Assembly (NCBI GenBank): GCA_964500835.1
Contig: CAZCQL010000005.1
Location: forward strand, 27,733-91,732
Reading direction: 5' to 3'
Origin: an uncultured Bacteroides sp.
Lineage (GTDB): Bacteria; Bacteroidota; Bacteroidia; Bacteroidales; GCA-2748055
Length of the DNA: 64,000 nucleotides
Program-made: the position numbers and the translations under genes
Notes under the pieces: model-generated
What the model saw: the letters and a program-made list of their open reading frames with translations, nothing else
Told to the model about the DNA's origin: nothing
Databases searched by the model: none
Part shown: positions 16,237 through 27,100 of the stretch, piece by piece
Position numbering within the stretch: the stretch's first letter is position 1
Layout of the letters: each line of letters starts with the position of its first letter

Positions 16237-17640
16237 TTAAGTAAGTCGCATTAAATCAGGATCCCAGCTCACTGGGTTTCCGCTGAAGTAACTTTCATTG
16301 GCTAAAAGGGCCGCACCTGCAGCACGCAGGCCAAATGTGGGATCTTCGACAATTTTTGTTACTCCCCTTATGCCCTGGAAGAAATTATTAAAATGATCAT
16401 AATGACTACCCTTGTAATCATCGGGGGCTTCATAGACAGTTTCACCTATATTCAGATCGGAAGATCTCTCTGCGGCAAATCTTTTATCGTAGTCTGCAAT
16501 AATCTTTTTCTGATTCTCCTCCGTGTTTGCGATCAGGGCATAGCTACCGGGTTTCATCCCCAGTTTTGAACGGGTTAATTTTACACGGCGCGAATCTACT
16601 TCCATTTCGCCTTCTGTTCCAACCAGTTTAAATCCGCCGCCTCCTCCTCCTCCGGCAATGAAGTTCACCCTGAAAGAAGCATTAAATGCAGCGTGTGTTT
16701 TTGTTTCCGGATAATCATACAAGGTCATGGTCACATCGGGAACATCCCTGCCGTCTTTCCAGTATCTCAGTCCGCCCGTTGAGAGCGCTCTGTTCGGCCC
16801 GTTTGAAGTCAGGATAAAATGCAGTGTCGAAAATGCATGAACAAAGAGGTCACCAGCTACTCCGGTACCATAATCTCTGTAATTCCTCCAACGGAAAAAG
16901 CGCACCAGTTCGTAAGGTACTTTTGGGGCATTCCCGAGAAATTTATCGAAATCAACCGTGTCCGGACTTGCATCTGGCGGTATGGGGTACTGCCAGGCAC
17001 CTTCCGCAGAATACCGGTCATTGTACATATCCAGCATCACTATCTCGCCAATGGCCCCTTCGCCATACAATTTTTTGGCCTTCTCATTTCCGAGGGAAGA
17101 CATGCCCTGACTGCCTACTTGTAATATGTTCCCGGAAGCCTTCTGTGCTTCGATTATCTCCTGCCCCTCCTCAAATTTTTGCACCATGGGTTTTTCACAG
17201 TACACGGCTTTCCCTGCCTTCAAAGCTTCAATACTGAGTCTTTTATGCCAGTGATCCGGGGTGGCAATAATGACTGCATCCACGTTCTTGCGATCAAAAA
17301 TCTCCCGGTAATCCCTGGTTACGAATATATCATTGCCCCACAATTCTTTTGCGCGATCCAGGCGGCCTGTATATAAATCACAAGAAGCGACCAGCTTTAC
17401 TCCCGGAACCCGGAGTGCTGTGATTGTGTCATTGATTCCCTGAATACCTGTGCCGATCAATGCGAGATTTATCTGGTCGTTTGCCTCAAACGAATTCGCT
17501 GCATATGATCTTGATTCCATCAATAACCTCTGACGGTAGGTCTTGGCCAGAACATAAGGTGCTGTAGAAACCATCGCTGTACCCAGCACGGTCTTTTTAA
17601 TAAACGATCTCCGGGAACTTTTGCTTTCAAATTTTTTCAT
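16237..17640 (-). CDS. Gfo/Idh/MocA-family oxidoreductase with twin-arginine signal
   Basis: Start placed at the ATG at 17640: MKKFESKSSRRSFIKKTVLG (Tat motif SRRxFIK). LALIGTGIQG is the Rossmann motif. IIATPDHWH and YCEKPM are also present. Confidence 0.8.
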   Translation of the reverse strand: MKKFESKSSRRSFIKKTVLGTAMVSTAPYVLAKTYRQRLLMESRSYAANSFEANDQINLALIGTGIQGINDTITALRVPGVKLVASCDLYTGRLDRAKELWGNDIFVTRDYREIFDRKNVDAVIIATPDHWHKRLSIEALKAGKAVYCEKPMVQKFEEGQEIIEAQKASGNILQVGSQGMSSLGNEKAKKLYGEGAIGEIVMLDMYNDRYSAEGAWQYPIPPDASPDTVDFDKFLGNAPKVPYELVRFFRWRNYRDYGTGVAGDLFVHAFSTLHFILTSNGPNRALSTGGLRYWKDGRDVPDVTMTLYDYPETKTHAAFNASFRVNFIAGGGGGGGFKLVGTEGEMEVDSRRVKLTRSKLGMKPGSYALIANTEENQKKIIADYDKRFAAERSSDLNIGETVYEAPDDYKGSHYDHFNNFFQGIRGVTKIVEDPTFGLRAAGAALLANESYFSGNPVSWDPDLMRLT

Positions 17641-17859
17641 AGGATGAAGAATTACTGAATAATAAAGGAAGTTGTAATTTACATTTTCCTGGGTATAGAA
17701 AGAATTGATTTTGCAGAAATATATCAAATTACGTTATCAATAATCGGACGGCACATTCGCCTGGTGGACGCAACGCATTCAATACACAGCCTATGAAGGG
17801 TATTTCACAGGACAGGTAAGTGCCTAACTCAATTTCTGAAACCGAGAATGATGTCCGAT

Positions 17860-20262
17860 TTACTCGTATCTGAGAGCTTCAATGGGATTCTTGTTGGATG
17901 CTCTCCAGGATTTTACTGAAACAGTGAGTAAGGCAATAATAACACCCGCAAGACCTGCTATGGCAAATATCCACCAACTGAGGGTAGTTTTGTAGGCAAA
18001 GCTCTCCAGCCATCTGTTCATGGCAAAGTAGGCAAACGGAATTGCCAGCATGATTGAGACGAGAATCCATTTTAAAAAATCCCAGGTAAGCATGGTCATG
18101 ATTTCTATTGTTTCCGCACCGTTTACTTTCCGGATCCCAATCTCCTTGATTCGGCGCTGGGTTATCAACAGGGACAACCCAAGTAACCCCATGGAGCAGA
18201 TAAACAAAGCAATTATTGTGAAGATAGTTAGCAACTGCGCCTGAAGGAGTTCGGTTGAATAAACATTCCTGTACATCGAGTTGACATATTCTAAATGTGC
18301 AGTATATTCTGGAAACAATGCTTGCCAGACGGTTTCTATGTCCTTCAGGGCCGCCTCCTGCATTCCGGTTTGAAATGATATGACAAAATTGATAAGCCAC
18401 AGGTCCTTTCTTTTAAACAGTACCAGGGGCTCAATCTTTTTCTTTAAGCTCGAGAGATGAAAGTCCCGGACAACCCCGATGATGGAACCGGAAGGAATGG
18501 GTATGCTTCCATCCCCAAACAGCAGGCTAAACTCTTTACCTACTATATCTTCCGGTTTTGAATAGTTCAGCCGTCTCATGGCTGACTCATTAATGATATA
18601 TTCTCCCGAACCTTCATGGTCCTCATCCCTTTCAGAAAAATCTTTCCCGCCAAGGAATTTCAATCTAAACAAGCTGGCAAAGGAGTAATCGCATGGAAAG
18701 ACACCAATCATATTATTCAGTTCATTCACATCGTCCCGAACCATTCCTTCCAGCTTGAACTGAAACATATCATTGGCATCACCCCCCGGGGGCTCAAACA
18801 TGGCTGACACCGATTTGATTGAATTGTACTTTACCATTTCCTCCTTAAATTCTACGAATTTTTGCTGGACATCGGAATGGACGCCCTCTATGCATATGAG
18901 GTTATCGTCTCCCGCTCCCAGGCTGTTATTGAGGGCATATTTTGTCTGCCGGTGGATCACAAAGACACTGGTTATCAACGCGATTGATATAGTATATTGT
19001 ACTACAATAAGGCTCTTGTTTATCCCTCCCCGTTTATCATGGATCTTGTTCTGGAAATCCAGTGAGGTTTTGAACCTGCGAATGAACTTCCTCAACAACG
19101 GTAGAATACCTGCGGCGATTCCGAGCAGGCTAAACAACACTGAAACCGATGCGATGAACAGCGTGTTCCCTGTGTAGAGGTTCAGGTTAAACTGTTTTTG
19201 AACGAATATGAAGACAATCGATGCAATGATAGCGCTAACCACCAGTGAGACGAGAGCAATGACAATTCCTTCAGTCAGAAAATACCTCAGTTGCATCCGG
19301 TTTGAAGACCCGTACACCTTCCCCATGAAAAGGAATTTGTCGCTGTAGCCCGCCATCCCAATATTTAAATTGGCGTAGTTAATGAGTGCAATGATCAGGA
19401 GCAACAGGGCAGCTAATGTAAAAGTGTATATGACGGACATCGTGCTGTTTGCTTCTATCTCTCTTGTTTTATTGGAATGCAGATGGATATCAATAAGAGG
19501 TTGAAGATGGGCAATCGTTCGAATACTATCTGAATCTGTGGATGTGTAGGTGGCAAGGAAATCTTTAAATCCCGATATAATGTTTTCCGGATTCGAGTTG
19601 GCATGCAAAACCAGGTAGGTCCATGCCCATGCCTGAAAAATACTATCATCAGGTGGAGTGGTAATGAAATCAGGATGGAAATGGCTGCTTTGCGGGAAAT
19701 CCTTCATTATTCCCGTGATTGTATAATCGGCGTTCCCGGCATAGAATTGTCCCGGTGGCAGTGTCAGGATTTCCCCTATGGGATCAGATTCTCCAAATGT
19801 TTTACTTGCAAAGCTTTCAGAAACAACCATGGAGCCCGGGCCATCCAGGACATATGCCGGATTGCCTACCACGAGTTCGGCGTCAAATACCTGAAAAAAT
19901 GTGCTGTCACATTCAAATGCCTGGCTGAATGTAAAGAATTCTTCCAAGCGTTTCATTACACCTCCTCGTATGGGCGCCAACCTCACAAATGTTTCAACCT
20001 CAGGAAAATAATTTACCAGGTCAGGAACATAAGAGGGATTAGGCATCCTCGCAAAATGTTTCCCGTTGAAAAAATTCTGGCTGGTGGTGGTGAGCCGGTA
20101 AATCCTGTCTGATTTAGAATGAAACCTGTCAAAAGTAAGTTCATGTTTCAAAAACAATACAATAAGCAGTATGCAGCTGAGTGCCAGGCTGAGTCCCACA
20201 ATTTTCACAAGATTGAGGAACGGTCTTCTCCGGAGATTCCGGAGTACAAATTTTCCAGTCAT
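17860..20262 (-). CDS. ABC transporter permease, FtsX/MacB-like (two FtsX domains)
   Basis: 800 aa with the typical N-terminus NLRRRPFLNLVKIVGLSLAL. There are two large extracytoplasmic domains and two 4-TM blocks. The C-terminus SWRASNKNPIEALRYE is the family signature ending. Confidence 0.8.
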   Translation of the reverse strand: MTGKFVLRNLRRRPFLNLVKIVGLSLALSCILLIVLFLKHELTFDRFHSKSDRIYRLTTTSQNFFNGKHFARMPNPSYVPDLVNYFPEVETFVRLAPIRGGVMKRLEEFFTFSQAFECDSTFFQVFDAELVVGNPAYVLDGPGSMVVSESFASKTFGESDPIGEILTLPPGQFYAGNADYTITGIMKDFPQSSHFHPDFITTPPDDSIFQAWAWTYLVLHANSNPENIISGFKDFLATYTSTDSDSIRTIAHLQPLIDIHLHSNKTREIEANSTMSVIYTFTLAALLLLIIALINYANLNIGMAGYSDKFLFMGKVYGSSNRMQLRYFLTEGIVIALVSLVVSAIIASIVFIFVQKQFNLNLYTGNTLFIASVSVLFSLLGIAAGILPLLRKFIRRFKTSLDFQNKIHDKRGGINKSLIVVQYTISIALITSVFVIHRQTKYALNNSLGAGDDNLICIEGVHSDVQQKFVEFKEEMVKYNSIKSVSAMFEPPGGDANDMFQFKLEGMVRDDVNELNNMIGVFPCDYSFASLFRLKFLGGKDFSERDEDHEGSGEYIINESAMRRLNYSKPEDIVGKEFSLLFGDGSIPIPSGSIIGVVRDFHLSSLKKKIEPLVLFKRKDLWLINFVISFQTGMQEAALKDIETVWQALFPEYTAHLEYVNSMYRNVYSTELLQAQLLTIFTIIALFICSMGLLGLSLLITQRRIKEIGIRKVNGAETIEIMTMLTWDFLKWILVSIMLAIPFAYFAMNRWLESFAYKTTLSWWIFAIAGLAGVIIALLTVSVKSWRASNKNPIEALRYE

Positions 20263-20382
20263 ACAACTAATTTTAACTGAACTGAGAAGTTCGGATCAAC
20301 AATGTATATAATCCTAACGAAGATTGTCGAGCCGTAGTAAGTTAGCTTCAAATTAATTTTTTTGAAATAAAATTCTTGTTTC

Positions 20383-20595
20383 ATGTCCATAGAAGAAGTT
20401 ATGTATATCTGTAAAAGCCTGAATGGGGTAACCACCGACATCAAATGGGAGGACCACCTTTGCTTCAATGTCGGAGAAAAGATTTTCCTGATTTCCTCTC
20501 CTGACCAGGTGCCTCATTCAGCATCTTTCAAGGTAAATGAGGAAGATTTTGATCAATTGGTAGAGAGGGAGGGAATCGAACTTGGAATTGATTAA
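20383..20595 (+). CDS. MmcQ/YjbR-family protein, apparently C-terminally truncated (70 aa)
   Basis: MSIEEVMYICKSLNGVTTDIKWEDHLCFNVGEKIFLI...FKVNEEDFDQLVEREGI matches the N-terminal two thirds of the family. The ORF stops 57 nt before the 3' end of the convergent sulfatase gene. Confidence 0.5.
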   Translation: MSIEEVMYICKSLNGVTTDIKWEDHLCFNVGEKIFLISSPDQVPHSASFKVNEEDFDQLVEREGIELGID

Positions 20596-20651
20596 CAGAC
20601 CCGTCCGGAAGCATGCTGTCATGCACTTTAGCTCTTTCCTGTTACCAGATT

Positions 20652-22430
20652 CTATTGTCTTTCAAACATAAGCAAGCGCACATCCATGACCGTCTGCCCC
20701 GGTTTTTCAAGTGCCCTCAAAGTCAGTTGACCTGCACCTTTCTCAAGGTGCATTATTCCAAGATTAAGAGGTTTAAAATCCTTTACGTAGGATTCCCCCC
20801 GCAATTCAGTCCGGTCATTTTCCATCCCCGTGAGCGGCGGATCAAAGGAAGTCTGAATCTTTCCTTCGATGGTGTTTTCACCCAGGGAAAGGTGGAACAG
20901 AGAACCCTCATCCCCCTCAGGGCATGTATAGTACAAAGTTACTTTAAATTCACCTTCCTCAAGCACTTCAACATCCCAGGTAATCTTGTCCTCCAGACTG
21001 ATCCAGTTGGTAAAAAAAGAACAATTGGGCCAGCGGTTGGAGCGCTGGATATTCCCATGTGCGATGCCGTCCCTGGCGGGAATCTGGGTATAGGTTGCAC
21101 CAGGGTACCCTATGGAAAATGCACGCAAGTCCTTTTCCGGCAATTCTGCCACCACATCTTTTATGAAGGCAGCTTTCACCTCCAGAAGTTTTTTGTGTAT
21201 TTCAGGATGCTGTGGGGCCACATCCACCCGCTGACCCCTGTCGTTCTGAATATTAAACAGGGCACCCTTTTCACCCAGCCTGTACTTCTGGCTTCTCACG
21301 CTGATCTTCTTTTTCCACTGGTTCACAATATAACGGTCGCTCCAATCGGGATTCTCTTCCATTAATAAGGGTTCCAGGCTAACGCCATCAAGCGGCTTAT
21401 TGATCTTGCTTTCAAGTCCGGCAAGATCGGTTAATGTGGGCAGCAAATCGATCACTGAAGCAATGGGCTCAATTACCGATCCTTTCTTAATTTTCGCCGG
21501 CCATTTAACGAACAGTGGTGTGCGGACACCGCCCTCATCAGTGGATCCTTTCCGACCTTTCATGCCGCCGTTCCAGCGCCAGCTGTTGGGCCCATTGTCA
21601 CTGAAGTAGATGACGATGGTGTTGTCATCCAGGCCCATCTCCTCGAGCTTGTTGATGACCCGCCCTACATTCCAGTCGATGTTCTTACACATCGCCAATG
21701 CTGCCCTTGTAAAGATGATATCTTCCTGGTCCGGATTTCCAGCTCGAAATGGCAGATCCTTATTTTTAAACTTCTCAAACCACTTGTCGGGCACCTGCAT
21801 GGGACTGTGTGGGGTGTTGTAGGGGAGGTAGAGTAAAAAGGGTTTGTCCTTGTTGGATTCAATGAATTCGATGCCGTGGTTGGTCAGATCATCCACAAGG
21901 AATCCTTCACCCTTAACCAGGGTTCCATTGTGTTCCAGAATGGGACTGAAATAGTTACCCCAGTGGCCCGAGCAAAATCCATAGAAGTCGTCGAATCCCC
22001 TGGAATTGGGGTGGTAAGGAGGCTGCATCCCGCTGTGCCATTTGCCGTAAGCCGCTGTGGCGTAGCCTGCCTGTTTAAAGACTTCAGCGAGGGTGGTTTC
22101 ATCCAGGTCGATTCGTTCTCCCCCGGCAGAAGTACTGTATACGCCACACCTGGTATGGTACCTGCCTGTGAGCAGTTCGGCCCTGGTGGGAGAACAGACT
22201 GCCTCCACATAGAAATTATTGAAGATGGCACCATCACCTGCAAGCCTGTCGATATTTTTTGTTTCAATGTTTGTGTTCCCGGTTATGCTAAAATCGCCCC
22301 AACCCTGGTCGTCCGATAAAAAGATCACCACATTGGGTTTAGACGGATCATTCAGTCCTGCCGGTTGACAGCCTGAAAGAGTGACTCCAAGGACCATGGC
22401 CAAAACAATAATTGCACGAATCGATTTCAT
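20652..22430 (-). CDS. Sulfatase (formylglycine-dependent, Cys-type) with a C-terminal beta-sandwich domain
   Basis: Start placed at the ATG at 22430 (MKSIRAIIVLAMVLGVTLSGC, lipobox). PNVVIFLSDDQGWGD. The FGly motif is CSPTRAELLTGR. GKWH is also present. Confidence 0.85.
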   Translation of the reverse strand: MKSIRAIIVLAMVLGVTLSGCQPAGLNDPSKPNVVIFLSDDQGWGDFSITGNTNIETKNIDRLAGDGAIFNNFYVEAVCSPTRAELLTGRYHTRCGVYSTSAGGERIDLDETTLAEVFKQAGYATAAYGKWHSGMQPPYHPNSRGFDDFYGFCSGHWGNYFSPILEHNGTLVKGEGFLVDDLTNHGIEFIESNKDKPFLLYLPYNTPHSPMQVPDKWFEKFKNKDLPFRAGNPDQEDIIFTRAALAMCKNIDWNVGRVINKLEEMGLDDNTIVIYFSDNGPNSWRWNGGMKGRKGSTDEGGVRTPLFVKWPAKIKKGSVIEPIASVIDLLPTLTDLAGLESKINKPLDGVSLEPLLMEENPDWSDRYIVNQWKKKISVRSQKYRLGEKGALFNIQNDRGQRVDVAPQHPEIHKKLLEVKAAFIKDVVAELPEKDLRAFSIGYPGATYTQIPARDGIAHGNIQRSNRWPNCSFFTNWISLEDKITWDVEVLEEGEFKVTLYYTCPEGDEGSLFHLSLGENTIEGKIQTSFDPPLTGMENDRTELRGESYVKDFKPLNLGIMHLEKGAGQLTLRALEKPGQTVMDVRLLMFERQ

Positions 22431-22818
22431 TTTTTTTGACGTTGAGTACTGGCAAACGAATTTTGCCATAAATATAACCAGTTCATCATTGACAGGCTGG
22501 TGTATTTTTTTTCTTTCATTTCAATTGCTTGCCATTAAGAAGCTCTAAATTATTTAAAGTTTCAGAAAATCGAGTATAAAATTAAGTAACAATTAATCGA
22601 AGATTGACTAAATAAAAAACTCCGGAGGATGCTTCCGGCAGGTACATTTCCCGACTCTGATATGAAGGGGATGCCGGAGAGATCGCCGGTATGCAAAAAA
22701 TGTTAAAAGAATTGATGTGCAGAATAAAAAGTCTTACATTTAATAATGAACCACGTACTACGTACCATTGAGAATCACCTGATGATCCAGGCTCATTTAT
22801 AAATCTAAAAGAAGTATT

Positions 22819-23739
22819 ATGAAAAAAATCACAACTTTGGTAATGCTGCTCCTGACCATTGGGGCAAATTCCTTTGCCCAGAAAAAAAATGGTATCGTCT
22901 ACTCTGAGCATGAAACAATTGATAAAACCAGAGAATTATGGAAAGCCTTTGTCAACGGTGACGAAGCAAAGTACAGAAGTTTTTTTGCAGATACTGCTTT
23001 CCTTACCCGAAACGATAATCGCACACAAAAACTTGCTAACGCAGAAATAGGGAATGGTATAGCTGACATGAGCAGTAATTATAAAAATTTCATGGTGCGA
23101 GACCAGAAACCAGCTTTCCCCGATGCGATTGAATACAAGGAGGGAGGAACATGGGTCCAGGATTGGCTCCTCATGACAGGGATCCACAAAGAGACGGGAA
23201 TAATCCTGGAATTGCCGTTACATAACCTGTACAGATTTAATGAGAAGGGGAAGATCACATCCATAACAAATTATTTTAATGACGATGTGTTTGAAGAAAT
23301 AGGCAACAGTCAGAGAACCAGGGAAAATGGCAAAGTCTATATAAATCATCCATACATTATTACCGTCCGGAAGGTCATGAATGCGCTTGTAGCAAAGAAT
23401 ATGGAAGAGTGGGCGAGCTATTTTTCACCCGATGCCAGGTTTTCCAGTTTAGCCATGCAATTGACTGAAAAACAAGGCATTGAGGAATGGAAAGAATCCG
23501 CGGCCGGTTTGTTTCTCAGGGATGATTTGCAAATTAAATTGGCTCAGGTGGGCTATCCGGACTGCATCTTTTATGAAAAGAGTGGTCAGTATTCAGTTTA
23601 CTCCTGGTGGAATATGATCATTGTGAAGGATAACAAGAAAATTGAATTTCTATTTATGGTGACCCATGATTTCAATGAGGATGGAAAGATCGTCTTCACG
23701 AATCTCTACTCAGACAGCAATCACCTGGAAGGACTGTAA
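22819..23739 (+). CDS. Secreted hypothetical protein, probably two NTF2/SnoaL-like domains
   Basis: Signal peptide MKKITTLVMLLLTIGANSFAQ. Two similar halves are each about 140 aa. Family assignment is by general resemblance only. Confidence 0.4.
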   Translation: MKKITTLVMLLLTIGANSFAQKKNGIVYSEHETIDKTRELWKAFVNGDEAKYRSFFADTAFLTRNDNRTQKLANAEIGNGIADMSSNYKNFMVRDQKPAFPDAIEYKEGGTWVQDWLLMTGIHKETGIILELPLHNLYRFNEKGKITSITNYFNDDVFEEIGNSQRTRENGKVYINHPYIITVRKVMNALVAKNMEEWASYFSPDARFSSLAMQLTEKQGIEEWKESAAGLFLRDDLQIKLAQVGYPDCIFYEKSGQYSVYSWWNMIIVKDNKKIEFLFMVTHDFNEDGKIVFTNLYSDSNHLEGL

Positions 23740-23779
23740 GCTCACAACTACTGATTTTTTGGCTTTTCAACTTTTTTAA

Positions 23780-23938
23780 TACTCGGATATCCAGGGACGT
23801 ATCCTCCACAGGACCGAAACCGAAGAAAGTCCCCTGCCTCTCAGCAGTGATGTGCTGAGCGTACCGGGAACTTATCTGGTAAGGATGGAGAGTGATCAGG
23901 GCGTGGCCTACGGAAAGATCGTTAAAACAGGATACTGA
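23780..23938 (+). pseudogene. Relic of a T9SS C-terminal sorting domain (3' fragment of a lost cargo gene)
   Basis: The frame opens just after a TAA at 23777 and has no start codon. It reads YSDIQGRILHRTETEESPLPLSSDVLSVPGTYLVRMESDQGVAYGKIVKTGY*. This parallels the intact CTD at 62548: SIYSITGRAVYNAKLSADKTDIDISSLDAGLYLMKVESDNIRFTQRIEIQK. Confidence 0.5.
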
Positions 23939-24100
23939 TGAAGAAGAAATTGATTGCCGGCAGGGAGGATGTCATATACCGCAAGCTGGCGCGTCTCTGA
24001 TCCTTATCCATGGAACAAATGTTGTGGTCTCTGTTGCGCAGGTAACATCGGCTTGGAATTCCACTACTGATTTCAGAAATTGGTTCCAAACTGAACTGCC

Positions 24101-27100
24101 ATGAAAAAACTGTTCCCGAATTTCATCCTGGCGGCCCTATTCTGTGCCGTCTCATCCTGCGCGGATGAACCGGACCTGAGTTATCCCTGGGCCAATTCGT
24201 TATACCTGGGTCATTCCGGATACTGGAAACAACGCATCCCTGTGAGAGTGCAGCACCCCGGTGAATCGGACCTGAAAGGGGCTCCGCTGACCCTGGCCAT
24301 TGGAAAGGGCAAAGGGAAGCTTCCCGTTCAGGGAGTCATGGCACAATCGTTTAGGGTGACAAACAGCAAGGGAAAGGAACTTAAGTGCAGGGTGGATGAT
24401 CCGCAGGGAGGGCTCCTTGAACGTGGACCGGTTCAGGTTGGGTCGACTTTTACCTTTCCGCTGGAGAATGAAGCGGGACAGGAGGCTCTCTACTTCATAT
24501 ACTTTGATAATGAAAAGGCCTGGTCGGAGGGGGAATACCTGTTTACACACCGGGAGGTACAAAACGGAGGGTTCGAAGTCGAAGGGGACTTTGGAATTCT
24601 GAACTGGGAGCTGGACTGGCCAGAGGAAGGCCGGGATGTGCACTGGTCGGAAGTGGCGCATACGGGAAGTCACTCGGTGGAGATAATTGCAGAAAATGCA
24701 GGAGAGCGCAGGCCCTATGGAGCAACCCAGACCAATATCCACCTGGATCCGGGAGCGGAGTATCAGGTAGAAGCCTGGTTCCAAACCGAAGGCCTTGAAG
24801 GCGAGGCCGGATTGATCCTTTCGCCCGCCAATCTGGCCAGGACAAAAAGGGAAATCAGGCCCGAACCTGTACGCCTGATGGCGGAAGAAGGGACCACTGA
24901 CTGGCACCGGGTGGAGATAGAGTTTACCGCTCCCGAAGAGGCCAATGTCCTTGAGGTCGCTACCTTTGTCAGCGGAAGCGGACTACTCCGTGTGGATGAG
25001 GTCAGCATTCGGTGCAGGAGCAGTTTTGATCCCGGCATAGATATAGGATCTGTGGAACGGCTGGAACTCAAGGAAGCGGGTGATAGTTCCGAATGGTTTA
25101 AGGATGGCGGGCTTTCCTGGCCGGTGCGGGCAAGTATCACGGTCACCAACTTTACGGAAGAGGACCGACCGGATTATCCTGTTTATGTGGACGTGCAGAT
25201 GCTTATGCAACGCCTGTTCAATGAAGTAGATGAAACTACTACTGTCCAGCTTACCTACGGCAATCGTCCTGTTCCCTATCTGAAGACGGGATATTCTCTC
25301 CTGTTCAGGCAGGATATTCCTCCGCTGACCCGGAAGACCTTCTACCTTTATTTCGGCGGACCAGGGGAGAGGGGTTACGAGACCACCACCTATGAAGACC
25401 TGGGAGGGGTAACCGAAAACCTGGTGGTCAACCCGTTTTTTGAGAGGGCACTTAAAGGTTGGGAGCTTGAGGGGGAGAGCGATACGCGCCAGATACTGGT
25501 GGAAAATGAAGAAGGGCAGGACCTTGTACGGCTGAGTTTCAGGCTGAGCGGAGAGGAAGGCCGTACCCAGGTATCGGATATTGAGGAAAGCCACATGTCC
25601 CTGGACAGGGAGATGGGTATTTCCCAGTTGCTTGATGTAAAGGCTGGTAGTCAGTATTATTACACTGCCCGGGTGAAGAGCTCCCAGATCCTCGACCGGC
25701 CCTTCACCCTCCGGGCCACCTTCCTGGATGCAGGCGGCGAACCATGCGGGGACCGTGAAACCCGCAGGGCCAATCCGGATATGCATCAGAATTTCCAATG
25801 GGTGGATGAATCCATGATCATTGTGGCTCCTGAGGATGCCGCGAAGGTAAAGATCGAGCTTGTGAATACGGTCCCGGGGGATATCTGGTACGACGATGTG
25901 TTTTTCATGGAGATCGGCACCGGTCATACCGGGGCCATGTGCGTGGAACGGCTGGCCGAGAAGGATATCGAGGGACTCGTCCTATGGGAAAAACCGGCCG
26001 TGGCCAAACCCTTCCCGGACGATCTTCCGGTCGGGGATCTGGAAAAACTGCACTTGTCGGCGGCTGGCAATGACCGGGAACCTGTGCAGGTACTCATGAG
26101 GAGCAGGGAGGAGCTAAGGGACCTGGAGATCCGCGTGGAAGCCCTGGAAGGCCCTTCCGGAGAAGAGCTCAAAGATATTGAGATAGGGACCGTGGGCTAT
26201 GTGAATATTTCCTATCCCAGCAATTATATACGGGATATTGTAACACCGTTCTGGCAGACTATTCTTCCATTTGGAAAGATCGGATCCGACGGGTGGACAG
26301 GACCCTGGGCCGATCCCATCCTTCCCTTCGCCACCTTCGACCTGCCGCCCGATCACACCACGGCGGCCTGGATCGAGGTGAGCGTTCCTTCCGATGCGGT
26401 GGCCGGTATATACACCGGGCAGTTCCAGCTCCTGCAAAAGGGCAAACTGCTCCGGGAGATCCCAATGGAGATGCAGGTGTACGATTTTGCCCTGCCCGAA
26501 GAAAGCAATGTGAAGGCTACCTATGTACTCCGCTTCAATGAGCGGGAAATGTTCGGAAGGGATTACAGCGAGGAGCAATGGAAAGACCTGCTCTGGGCTT
26601 ACATGGCTGAGCACCGGGTTAGCTCCAAGATGGTCAGACCCGAACCGGAAGTGAAGATGGTTGACGGGATGCCCGTACTGGATTTCACCAAGTTCGATAA
26701 GGCAGCCGCCTATTACTTCGACACCCTGAAGATCGCTTCCACCTGGTCGCCGCAGTTTTTCTATCTCTTTGGATGGGGCCGGCCGCCTGCCGACAAGTTC
26801 GGCCAGAAACCTTACCCTGGGGAATATCCCTATTCGGACGCGGACCACTTGAAACTGCGCCCCGAATACAAGGCCGTGTACCAGAGTGCCTTGAGGCAAT
26901 ACTGGGATCATATGAAGGAAAAGGGATGGGCCGATAAGACGGTTATCTATGTTTCGGATGAGCCCCACTCTGATGAATATATCAACAAGCAGATGTATGC
27001 GGTCTGCGATATGATCCACGAGGTGGATCCGGAGATCCCCATTTACGTGAGTACCTGGTGGTACCGGCCCGAATACGAGGGATACGTGGATGTTTGGGGT

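Noticed and set aside
16625-16660. (CCT)n-like run encoding the Gly stretch IAGGGGGGGFK in the Gfo/Idh/MocA gene, considered as a phase-variation tract
   Set aside because: It is a short triplet-based run, so slippage would stay in frame. There is no evidence of on/off switching potential.
17879-18400. 173-aa minus-strand ORF inside the FtsX permease gene
   Set aside because: It is an alternate frame of the same strand within a continuous 800-aa permease ORF, and its translation is not protein-like.
20613-21365. 250-aa plus-strand ORF
   Set aside because: It lies antisense to the sulfatase gene 20652-22430, whose motifs are unambiguous, and it has no recognisable features of its own.
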